In this document: piece by piece, positions 13,229 to 32,021 of the stretch
Layout: every line of letters begins with the position of its first letter
Position numbering within the stretch: the stretch's first letter is position 1
Source of the DNA: Eledone cirrhosa
Lineage: Eukaryota
Direction: 5' to 3'
Length of the DNA stretch: 64,000 nucleotides
NCBI GenBank assembly: GCA_964016885.1
Contig: OZ024745.1
Coordinates: 61,504,001 to 61,568,000, forward strand
Made by a program: the position numbers and the translations under genes
The notes under the pieces: model-generated
The model's input: the letters and a program-made list of their open reading frames with translations, nothing else
What the model was told of the DNA's origin: nothing
Database searches by the model: none

Positions 13229-16140
13229 CTTTCTTTATTAACCGCAAGGGTTTACATAAAGTAGACATTAAGGACAGTTCAGGACAATACAGGACGGTAC
13301 AAATGGGCATTTCTGCGTGTAAAAAAAAACAGAGGATGTAATAAAAAATAACAATGAAAAATTCCCCAATAGGGGGGAGACTTCCGAGGGAGATTTGTGG
13401 AGAAAGCCCATTAAAAGGCCACAGTGACCCTGACCACCAGGGCAAGTGCCCTCTCCCATTTTTCCACCTTTAATTTACAGGATTGCAGCTCCGTCAAGGA
13501 GACGAGCTGGGGAAAGACGTGCCTAGAAAACGACGACCACACCTGATCACCGTCGAGGAAGAGGTGGAGATGTGGAGATCCGGCCCACCGCTGCCATCGA
13601 ACAACTGAGCGAAGTGTCGCTGAAAAGCTTCACACATTTGCCCGGGATCGAGTAGCATGCGCCCGTCGTGGTCCACCAAAGACCGGATCGTGGCTTTGTT
13701 GCCACGACGCGCCTCCGCCACTCGGGCCCATTGAACCGCTTTCGTCCCCTCGTGTCTGAGAGCACGCACCCTAGCTCTGACAACGCAGCCTTCGTGCTTT
13801 GCATTGAAGAATTGGTCAAGGGCCAATTTCGCCGCAAGTACGTCGGTCGCGATGCCTTTGCTAAGCTCCTCGTCTAATTTTCTAACTAGTTCTCCCTCTG
13901 CTCTATTTTTCTCTATAGCTAAAGCCTTACTAAACCTAATGGACTCTATTCTAATCGCTCTTTTCAGAGCAAACCACCACTTGTTGTTGACGATGGCCCC
14001 CGTCAACGTCCTCTTAACTAATTCGCTAATCCGGTCTCTGTAGGCCTTGCGCGCTGGTAAGGACGCGTTTAACTCCATGATGACCCCAAGCCACGCGCAT
14101 TTATGCTGCCTATTCTGAGCGAGTTCATGTTGAAAAGGAGTGGAAAAGATGGGAAAGACCACTTACTTCTCGTAGAGGAAGGATGGTTTCTCCATCCTTT
14201 TCACTGCTTGTGGCCTCCTCTGGAAGGATGTCCTTATAAATCCTCCTGGAGAGTGCCGTGTACGTTTTAGTGTCGTGTACGTTTCTGTGTGATGCGAGTG
14301 ATTTGTATGTGTGGAGGTGGTGTGAACTTTTGGGGTGTTGTGTAGTCTTTTTCTGTGATGCTGGTGTTGTGTTGTATGTAGTGTAATAATTGGTTGTTGT
14401 TCAAATTTAATGCTGTGTAGTGTGTATCGTTTTGGTTGTTTTGTTTTGTTTGCGTTTGTTGTGGGTTTGTTTCTGTTTCGCTTTTTGGTGACTTTTGTGG
14501 TGTTGGTGATGGTGGTGTTGGGGTTAATGATGGTGATGGTGTTTGTGTTTGTGGTGATGGGGTTGGTGATGCTGGTGTGGATGGTGGCATAGTTGTCCTA
14601 ACTTTTTTGTTTGATAGTTTATTTGTTTCCCTCTGTATTTTGTTTTTGGAGGAGGAAGGAAGAGGATTTTTTCTTTTTTGGCTTCTTTTTCTTTTTTTCT
14701 TTTTTCCTTATACAGTTTCCCACTCCTCGTCGTCAAAATCTGTCTCTAGTTGCGATAGGTCGGTGAGTGGAAAATCCTCCACAGGCGTTGTTTTTGGTTG
14801 TGGCGTGGTGGATGGTGGAGGCGGTGGTGCTAGACTTGGCGCGGTGGGTGGTGGTGGTGTTGGTTTTGCTACTGTTGCTGCTACAGTTGCTTCTGTTGTT
14901 GCTGCTACAGTTGTTGCTGCCATTTCTGCTGCTGGTGGTGTTGATGGTTGAGTCACTCAACTTAGGTGGGGTCCTTCACCACAAACGACACACCTAGGCC
15001 TTCTACCCTCAACGATTACGGTGAGGTAGCTGCCGTCAGTGAGGTCTTATTACCTCTGGGATTTCCTCAATGCTTTTTTGGTCCTCTTGGATCAGGAGCT
15101 CCATCCCAGATCCGGACCAGTTCTGCTTTTCTTTTGATATTTCAATTATTTTAGTGTTGGCCTCGATGCCGGCGAGGACGCAGCCATTAGCCAGGGAATT
15201 TCGATGGCCGGTGGAACGTGGGTCACCCTGATCTTCACGAGTCTCTGGCCCAATAGCTTGGGACGAGTGTGAAGCCGTCGCTTCTTAATGGGGCCATGGA
15301 GTGCTCTCTGGCCTCCTGTGGTGTTCCAAAGAACACGTTTACGGTTCCATAATTCTGCCCATGTCTGATGTGGGTTTTTTTCGCCCACACATGTCCCAAA
15401 GCTTTTTGGATTTGGGACTCGGATGCCCGTTCCACTCGGCGCGATTTTGTGTTAATCGTCCGATAAGACATGATGCTCCATTTTATTAGGTGGCTTCATT
15501 TAATTCCTCCTGAATTACCTCGATTGTTTCGCATTTCTTGGCTGCTTTGGCAAACGACACATTTGCGGTGGTGTTGATATTTTTGTTGTTATTCTCATTG
15601 TTGTTGTTGCTGTTGTTGTTATTGTTATTTTTGTTATTGTTATTTTTAGTCTCAGTTGTGGTGGTGGTGGCGTCAGTGGTGTTCGGTGTGGAAGAGTCGA
15701 TTCTGGGTGAATCCATTTCGATGTCACGAGATAATAATTTATTTTTTTCTTTTGTTTCTGTTGTCGCTGCAGATTTTGGTAATGGCGGGAAATGAATGTC
15801 TGCATGAGACAAATTTAAATTATTGCTACTGCTTATATTTTTAGTGTTGGCAAACGTAGTAATATTTACAATGGTGGTGTTGGTGTGAGGTGTTAGTTTG
15901 TGAGGAAGGCTGTCAGCTTGGTGTGGCTGTGAGTTGTCCATGTTTTTTTCAAAGAAATTCTTTGTTTGATAATTATAAAAGTTTAAATTTTGGGCTCAAG
16001 GCCCCAATCTTTTTGAGTGTCCTTTTCCGAAAGCAATATATGTGAACTTATAAACACTTAACAACAAACATTTTCCATAAATGGCAAATTGAAACAACTG
16101 AAAACAACAAACCTTTGCGGAGCTCACGATAATACGATTT
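13229..16140 (-). mobile_element. Internally deleted L1/Tx1-clade LINE in (AAT)n
   Basis: ORF1-like pieces (15941-15150: N/T-rich leader, VFFGTPQEAREHS, GQRLVKIRVTHVPP), an ORF2 linker piece, a 3' UTR ending AATAAAGAAAGC plus (ATT)n, and (AAT)n on both flanks. Confidence 0.7.
13494..14100 (-). pseudogene. Tx1/L1 ORF2 fragment (region between APE endonuclease and RT)
   Basis: NNKWWFALKRAIR...GCVVRARVRAL..EG....WAR.AE..RGNKATIRSL...MCEAFQRHFAQLF, typical of the L1/Tx1 post-endonuclease linker. The RT itself is missing. Confidence 0.7.
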
Positions 16141-16155
16141 CCTACGTAGGTTGCC

Positions 16156-16194
<39 letters not shown>

Positions 16195-16204
16195 ACTACT
16201 AATA

Positions 16205-16393
16205 ATAATAATTGTTTCTACTTTAGGCACAAGGCCAGCAATTATCCAGTACATTACCGGTACTTTATTTTATCGACCCCGTAAGGATGAAAGGCAAAGT
16301 CAACCTCGGCGGGATTTGAACTCAGATCGTAAAGGGACGTAACTATGCTGGAAAGCATGGCGTCCGACCCTCTACTGATACTGCCAATCCACC
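16205..16393 (-). mobile_element. SINE family A
   Basis: Full match, flanked by (AAT)n. Confidence 0.9.
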
Positions 16394-16831
16394 AATAATA
16401 ATAATAATATATATATATATATATTTCCTGCTATTTCAAGCATTTAACTAATATATTTCTTCCATGTACTGTGCTGTATGTTTTGTTATTTTTGTTATTT
16501 CTGTTTACCTTTTACATACATACACACATATACATATGTATATACATATATATATTTATTAAAATAACAGATTAAAGTTTAAGCAAAGAATCGCTGCTTT
16601 CACCCTTAACGGGATCTTCTGAAACTAACAAAGTCAATCTGTAAACGCAGAACTGGATATTTCAAAAAACGTTGCAACCGGAGGAAGACAGGAAGACGAT
16701 ACTTTGGTTCGTGGAAACGTTCCATGGCAAAGAACGAGAAAAAACGAATAATACGTCATTAATAGGAGGGGTGAAAAACAATTACGCGCAAAGACAAAAC
16801 CACGTTTATGGTATAAAAGAGGTCGTAGACT

Positions 16832-18185
<1,354 letters not shown>

Positions 18186-18318
18186 TAGATAAATCTACCA
18201 AGAGTTTACGGTAGTGTCCAATCCGTATGAAGAACTCAATGTATTCCGGATATCATGGAAAGAAGAGATGTAATGAAAATCCACTTTCGGTGAAAGATAA
18301 ACGGTATACAGAGTCAAG

Positions 18319-24157
<5,839 letters not shown>

Positions 24158-24665
24158 AATCTATGCACACACAACGAGAACAGCAGATACTGGAACAGGC
24201 GGAAACACCGTTTTATCATCAACTGTCCACTGGGAATCACCACTATTTCGTTTTGGTTTTATATAAACAGGATCGTTCCACCCAGTGCCTCACCAAACTA
24301 ATAGAATTTAGTTGCTAGGGATTGAAGTACAAGATAAGATAACAATTGATAACACAAGGTCATTCACGCAATCTCTGTTTCATCCTTTTACTACATTTTG
24401 TTCTTGTTTTTGTTATTTTTCTTTCCTATCTCGCTGCTCTTTCTTATCCCTATCTTGTGTCTGCTCTTTTTATTGCTGGTATTGTTGCTATAGTTTGTCT
24501 TCTTCAGCTCCTTCAACTTATTGTTTTTTCTTCTTCTACGTCAGGTAATATATTTTGTCACAAATCTCCAGCTTTACACTTGCAAATGAAAATGTTCTCG
24601 CCATTACTTTTCGTATCTGTAAACTATTTCATTATTATGAAATCAGTATGAGAGAGAGAGAGAGC

Positions 24666-24771
<106 letters not shown>

Positions 24772-25958
24772 AAAATATTAATAAAATGATATCAACACAT
24801 AATCATCTGAAGTAGGCAAAAATTATATACATGTACACATATTTATATTTGTATATGTACGTATGTCTCAATGTATGTTTATATATTTATATATATATTT
24901 ATGTATATGTGTAAATACAGAGAGGGTTTTTTTAATTTACCTTAGCTATTACGGTGAATGCAACTTGAAGCCTCGTTTTCATTCACACATACTCACTCGC
25001 ATATACACAATCAAACATACGCATAAACACACATACATACGTACACACAAATATATGACCATGTGTGTGTTAAAAATGGGTTACACCTTTTTGTGGGGTT
25101 CATTTGCTTTCTTGTTTTAATGGTCCGAATGCACACACATGCAGTTGTATGTATATAATTTAAGGTAAAGAAGGAAAAGATGCTGACATAACCAATTATT
25201 TTTGAACGACTTGCAAAGATTTTTATTAACATCAAAACAGAAAGCAGACAGCAGTCTTTATTTGTGACATAAGCATTTTCAAGCAGTGTTTATAGTAGAC
25301 TAGTGTTGAGAATGAATGACGTTGAGTACTGAGCCAATTTAAACAAATTTAACATCCAGATACTACTATTAATCAACGGAAAAAATTTCTAACAATTCAA
25401 GACAAGATGGCGCTTATCAATGCATATGAGACAAATATTCTGGCTGTTGACAAATGCTATTATAATTTTGCTACTGTAACTATAGCGAGTGTCACAGCAA
25501 TGAAAAGATGGATTGTGAAAAGGAAATATGAAAACTAACAAAAGATGAAAGCCAAGTTACTAAGGATATGTCAGGAGAATTTACAACTATGGAAGAAATT
25601 CAATCGATTTTATGTTTTCACACCATTTTGGCACCTTCTCACAACTAACGCTAAAAGAGCCAGTTTGGTTAAATATAACTCTGAAGAACGACAACAAAAC
25701 TTCATGCCAATCAACACCAGTATTAACAATATATATAATATTTGGTTCACTAGTCGTAATATCGCATGTTCGAGACCAGCATTATCCTCCCCAACCAATG
25801 TGTTGTCCATGGCCAAGGTATTTCATATTTATTTACTTGGTTATAAATATGCAACAGAGGCGGAACATTGACTGTGTCTCCCAATCTGGCAGAAATAGAA
25901 AATACCATCGAAACTGCATTTAAAATGGTTAGTGGAGTATCAGCTTCTTTATTTTACA

Positions 25959-26098
25959 TAGAAATAACTTCTACAGTACAAGATCCCTTTTCGTTCGTAT
26001 GGATTAATTATTTATAGTTTTCAGCCAAAATTATCTGATTTTCCTGTTGAATCCATTCAAATGAAACAGTTCTAGTGCTGCTGTAGAAGCCACTTCTA
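25959..26098 (+). other. Hammerhead-shaped fold with non-canonical 5' core
   Basis: TAGAA..CTTCTACAG pairs with CTGTAGAAG..TTCTA, and ATGGATT pairs with AATCCAT. GAAACAGTT is at the expected place but CUGANGA is absent. AATAAA follows. Confidence 0.35.
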
Positions 26099-26142
26099 TA
26101 TAATAAAATAAATATACATACATACATATACATATATGTATG

Positions 26143-26267
<125 letters not shown>

Positions 26268-27176
26268 ATATCCAAAATTAAGATAATCAAAATTATGGGT
26301 GTCATGCCAGAAAGACATGCGCTATATCACCCGCAAAATAAGCTCTAAGATTCTAACGAATAGGTCCGACCATTTTATAATAACTAGAATTTGAACTGAT
26401 TTGAACTTGAAGTGTAAACATAGATCGCTGAACTTCTTCCTTGTTGAAAATCCAAGTACCGGCCTCCATGGTTTACCATTCGATTAATTGGTGAAATATA
26501 TTTCTTTAATGGAATATATACAGGGAAGATTAATCATATTATAAGGTATCTATTTTTGAAGTTCTGGTTAACTTTATTTAGTTACCTACCTAGCTATGTG
26601 TGCTTACACACTTGTAAAAATTATCTCCTGTGATTATTCATGTTTATTTATATGTTAATCAATTTCTAGTTATTATATATATATATATTACATATATGTA
26701 TATATACAAATGTTCATATATATTATACAAAACCATAGCATCTAGAACTAAATATGAAAAATACAGCCAAATATTACCAATAATAAAAATGACAGAGCTA
26801 GCTAGTATTTGTCTGAAATTATTGTTGATGGAATATGATAGTTTGACATGATTCTAGTTTAATAATTTGTAATATTTTTGTAGGAGCTTGAAAGGAAAGT
26901 TTCGCTATGGGAGTTAATATTTTAAAATTGTATGTTTTGTTTTTATGGCATCGATTTAAGTAATGTTTTGGATGCATTCTTAGATTTTAACAATTTGACT
27001 TTTTAATTTAATTATGGTTGTAACGTGTTAGTATTTCTCTGATTCATGCTGATTCATTGAAGTATTAAAGTCATTTTACAGTTTAAACCTTATATCATTA
27101 CTTCTGCGACCACTTATTTCTGGGAGAGTCATAGGGACAGAGTCCACAAGCACGCCTTCCCGTGGGTCTTGTCAGA

Positions 27177-27247
27177 AGCAACCGTCTCCAATTGAGTTTG
27201 GCTGGCCTCGCTTGGGGATCCAACCGGATCAATTGGAGACGGTTGCT
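27177..27247. repeat. Perfect 19-bp inverted repeat with 33-nt loop
   Basis: AGCAACCGTCTCCAATTGA / TCAATTGGAGACGGTTGCT. Confidence 0.9.
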
Positions 27248-27619
27248 GATTAGAATTTCAAATGCGTTGCTTTCATTCATCTTTGCCGAGAAGACGGTAA
27301 AAGGGCTATTATAGTTTTAATGGAAAAAGTGTATGTGTAAATTATCTGTAATGCTTATCGTATTACAGATACTAATTGGGCAAAGTAAACCCAACAAATA
27401 TTAGTTTTATAATGGAGTTTAAGTTTTAAAGAAAAGTGTGAAGATAATAAAAAATGAGCGTGACAAATAATAAATTTACATTCAGTAAAATTATAAATTG
27501 AAAGGAAAGTAGAAATCCCAAACACAGGAAATAACTGTAAACACAGTACATTGCTATAAATAATAGCTTAGAGAATCGAGTAAAATATAACTATAGGCGG
27601 GAAAATAACGCTAGTAGCT

Positions 27620-27678
27620 GCTACGAAGAATCGAATTCCGTACCTCTCTGAGAGGTATGGAGTTCAATTCTTCGTAGC
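27620..27678. repeat. 29-bp-arm hairpin (MITE-like fold-back, imperfectly extending ~27580-27720)
   Basis: GCTACGAAGAATCGAATTCCGTACCTCTC-T-GAGAGGTATGGAGTTCAATTCTTCGTAGC; three mismatches, all transitions. Confidence 0.85.
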
Positions 27679-27859
27679 GGATGCAGTTACAGTCATTTTC
27701 TGCGTTTACGATTTTTACATTTTTTAAATATATTTCAAACCTACCCAACGTACCAGTATTTTCGAAATGCTGAAATAAAAGTATTTAATCGTATCAATTA
27801 TTGAGTCAGTATAAAGCTCTACATTGCTATAAGGTTATACGATTGTATTATTATTATGG

Positions 27860-28045
27860 CAATATGCTTTGTGGCATATAAATACAACCATTTACGTTCT
27901 AAGTTCAAATCCTGTCGAGATCAGCTTTGCCTTTCATCCTTACGTGGTTGATAAAATAAAGTACCAATAACACACTGGGGTCGATTTAATAGACTCTCTC
28001 CTCCTCAAAATTGCTGGTCTTGTGCCTTATATTGGCAACCATTAC
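27860..28045 (+). mobile_element. SINE family A, 5'-degenerate
   Basis: AGTTCAAATCC B-box and GCCTTTCATCCTTACG core. Confidence 0.8.
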
Positions 28046-29119
28046 TGTGGGGGAAAAATAGCAATATTATTAATGTACGTGTAGGAAGAAAATTGCTGTA
28101 GATCAGCATTGATATATTGGATGATAATTTACAGAAGAAATATGAGCGTCCATAAGATTATCAAATAATAATAACATGGTGTGTTATCAACAAATTGATT
28201 TAATGTGAAAAAATCTTTTGGAAGGAAAATGTGCGAGATTGGCAGAAATATTCAGGACAACAATGATTCACTATTCACCCTCTAGATGAAATATTTTGGC
28301 ATTTCTTTCACCTACTGATATAGTCATTGTTTTTGAAAGTTTCTCTGACAATAACCTTATGCCAGCGGAATCTATTTGAACAATAACATATGTCTGTGTT
28401 TAAAGGGGACGTTTCTATACAGAACTTTGGAATATACGACAGTAATAACTTCCAACATTTAACTTAGAAAGTTTTCACACTGGTTTAAGACTACTTTTAA
28501 ACAAGCACGCGTTGAAATTTATGTAAACTATGTGTCGCATTTCAAAACGAAGCCATTCCATCGTCAAGGTTTTGCACGTTGTACATTGAGATCCAAATTC
28601 CCAAAGAAAACAAAACAAACGTTCAAATCATAAAATTAAACAACGTAAATGATAAAATCAAACACTCAGAAGCAGCAGATGCGTTTCTTTTTCTCAAAGA
28701 TGTCGCTTAAGATCTTCATTAATTATTTGTGAATGTTTTAGAGCGTTTTATTTAGCAATATTCTAGAAAGAAAATCTGTTTTCAGTGAAATTTTGCTGGT
28801 TGTAATTCTTTTTTGATTGATTCCACTGGGTGGAACAACACACACACACACACGTTTACACGCATGTATACTCACACGTACCCCCCCCCCAAATATTACA
28901 TTCACGCATGCAAACACGCACACATACACACACAAGGTTGTTGGTAAAACTGGGAAAAAGTCCTCAATACATATTGTTGAGAGTGTGTAATCACACTCAG
29001 CTGATGATTAATTCCGTAGTTACTCAGCGTATCTCACTACATAGGATCCATTATCATGCTGTTATCTTCAGTAGCGACAGTGTAAACGATTCTTCATCAA
29101 CACACACACACACACACAG

Positions 29120-29294
29120 GTGCATAACTAAGGATTTCAGCAACGAAATACTTCCTTTCTTTGACATAGTAATGACGAAACAAAACATAAATCTAGGGAC
29201 TGACATATCTGTCAAACTAACCGACTGCCGACAATATCACCTTTTTACACCTTCTCATCTAATACACACCCATATACACTTAGCCAACATATAG
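29120..29294 (+). pseudogene. Penelope-like element RT C-terminal fragment
   Basis: ILPFFDIVM....LGTDISVKLTDCRQYHLFTPSHLIHT resembles the PLE signature LPFLD...TDxYxKPTD..QYL...S.HP.H. Confidence 0.7.
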
Positions 29295-29639
29295 AGGAAT
29301 GCAGAGAGCGAACCTTATCACATTTCAATGTCTTCCCATTCTACCAATGTTGCTAGACAACACCAGAAGAAAAGCACATTGGCAAAGAAAAGATTTTATA
29401 GTAAAATTTAGGCCAAAGTTGAACTTTTTGCATACTTAACTTTTAATACTTGGTCAGACCAGATTTACGCCCCTTGTCAGGGTGACATACAGGGCGAAGA
29501 AACTAACCAGTTGCGCCCTTGTTTTAATAGAAACAGAAACGACAATAGCATAACAAAACGAAACTTAGAAAATTAAACACGCAAAAATTTTGAAAAGCTG
29601 TTTAAGCGAAACCGAAGAGGGTCAAAACAGTGATATCGA

Positions 29640-30036
29640 GTTAAAGCAGCAGAGAACATTACATGGACAATTTGATCAAGGAACAAAGAGGCAAACATAC
29701 ATGAGGTTAGTTTAGAAAAGGAAGTCTAAAGAAATAAAAGGAAAGCACTATCATAGCTGCTCAAAATCAAGCTAACAAAATCAATCACATTAGGAACCAC
29801 ATATACAAGGAAGACACAGCCCCAACGTGCAGGGTGTGTAGAATGTTTGAGGAGGCAGTGGCACATATTGTTGCTGAATGCCTTAATTTGGCGCAAAATA
29901 AATGAAAAAAAAATAGAGACACGATGAAGTAGCCAAGATTATACACAGGAAACTCTGCCAGATGTGGGAGAATTAAGTGTGAAGATAAGTGGTACAACCG
30001 TAAGTCAGAGAAAGTAATTGAATCAGAAGATTGTAA
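29640..30036 (+). pseudogene. Decayed R4/Dong-type LINE fragment (zinc-knuckle region)
   Basis: LHGQF...IIAAQNQ...CRVCRMFEEAVAHIVAEC..LAQ...RHDEVAKIIH, with stops and frameshifts. Confidence 0.75.
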
Positions 30037-30108
30037 AGAGACAGAGATAAAGAAGGAGAGAGCGAGAGCGTGAAAGAAAGAGGGCGAGAGAGATAGAGAG
30101 ATAGAGAT

Positions 30109-30219
<111 letters not shown>

Positions 30220-30259
30220 TATGAAAACATGGCGTGCTACGTGGTTGCAAATGGGTTAC

Positions 30260-31136
30260 ATATGAATAAATTTAGTCCTTCATCAGTGATCTTCCAGCCT
30301 TCATTGGTATTTCATCGCTTTAAAGACCATATACCTCTGGTTGGTGCGAGCAACGGCCAAAGAAAGTCGTTGGGACACGTAAATAGGGGGAACGAGCGAG
30401 ACAGAGAACAAACAAAGATGGTAATGCAACGAAAAGTGAGGAAGAAGGAGTCAAGTCCCTGGAATCGATGAACATAAGTTCTGTGAAATCGTAGACGAGA
30501 GAGAATAAAAACCATCAAACTTGGTAGAAATGCGAGTGAGGAAAGAATTTCACGCAGGTCAAACGGGAGGAAGTAGGAGAGGGAGTAGCAGAGAGTGAGT
30601 GAATGAAAGTGTGAGGAAGAGGCCAACAGAGAGAGTGACTGGCAGAGGGGGTAAAAGGAAGTGAGAGATACGGAGAAAGGGGAAGCAGTAAGAAAGAAAC
30701 AGACGGGTCACAATTCTTACTGCTTTCCCTTTCTCGGTATCTCTCACTTCTTTTTCCCCCTCTGCCAGTCACTCTCTCTGTTAGCCTCTTCCTCACACTT
30801 TCACTCACTCTCTGCTACTGCCTCTCCTACTTCCTCCCGTTTGACCTGCGCGAAATTCTTTCCTCACTCGCATTTCGACCAGGTCGGATGGTCTTTATTC
30901 TCTCTCGTCTACGATTTCACAGAACTTATGTTCATCGATTTCAGGGACTTGACTCCTTCTTCCTCACTTTTCGTTGCATTACCATCTTTGTTTGTTTACT
31001 GTCTCGCTCGTTCCCCCTATTTACGTGTCCCAACGACTTTCTTTAGCCGTTGCTCGCACCAACCAGAGGTATATGGTCTTTAAAGCGATGAAATACCAAT
31101 GAAGGCTGGAAGATCACTGATGAAGAACTAAATTTA

Positions 31137-31143
<7 letters not shown>
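30260..31143. repeat. ~880-bp fold-back palindrome (arms 30260-30694 / 30714-31143, 19-nt loop) between (TA)n tracts
   Basis: Arms are reverse complements with scattered substitutions and small indels. Confidence 0.95.
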
Positions 31144-31168
<25 letters not shown>

Positions 31169-31171
<3 letters not shown>

Positions 31172-31365
31172 CGAAGGAAATGTGGTAAGGAACCAGGTGG
31201 ACCATAACGCACCAAAGTACTCAATACTTAGGGTAGTAGAGTGGGTAATAGGAACGAGTAGGACCCCGACGGCTGAGCTCAAGCCGTTTCGACGGCTAAT
31301 TCTGGACTAATTCCAGTATTAGCCGTCGAACCGGCTTGAGCTCAGCCGTCGGGGTCCTACTCGTT

Positions 31366-31433
<68 letters not shown>

Positions 31434-31621
31434 AAAATGTTAACCCCGACGGCCGAGCTCAAGCCGTTTCGACGGGTATTTCTGAGTCCAGAAATAGCCG
31501 TCGAAACGGCTTGAGCTCCGCCGTCGGGGTTAAACATTTTCCTATTACCCACTCTACTACCCTAAGTATTGAGTACTCTGGTGCGTTATGGTCTATCTGG
31601 TTCCTTACCACACCTCATTCG

Positions 31622-31624
<3 letters not shown>
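31169..31624. repeat. Nested palindrome built from hammerhead 3' halves
   Basis: Outer arms 31169-31254 / 31539-31624. Inner hairpins 31248-31370 and 31429-31545 are separated by (TA)n. Each arm carries a GAA-ACGGC..GAGCTC..GCCGT-C-GGGGT motif (minor substitutions). Confidence 0.9.
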
Positions 31625-31659
<35 letters not shown>

Positions 31660-32021
31660 TGAGTGAGAGAGAGAGAGAGAGAAAGAAAGATACAGAGGAG
31701 TTTGTGATTCAGACTGTTGTTAAGATGACTGAAGCAATCAATCTATGACAACAGAAGCCATCCTGAATTTCTGACTGTCTTTTCGCATGTCTCTGTTTGT
31801 GTATAGGCCTGTATAGGTAACTGCCTATGTGTTTCAGAAAGTATACGTATTGATGTGAGTTGTATGTGTGTATGTGCATGTATGTATATGTCTCTCTCTC
31901 TCTCTCACCGTGTGTCCTTGCGTGTTTCTGAGATAGTTTCTAAGAATCTATCTACATATGTCCTAGAGTGTATATATCCTATGTAAGTATGTATGTTATC
32001 TCTTTCTCTTAATTTCGAGTA

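Noticed and set aside
25130-25930. Possible decayed PIF/Harbinger transposase or host exon
   Set aside because: Only vague resemblance; no catalytic motif, TIR or splice pair that I can support
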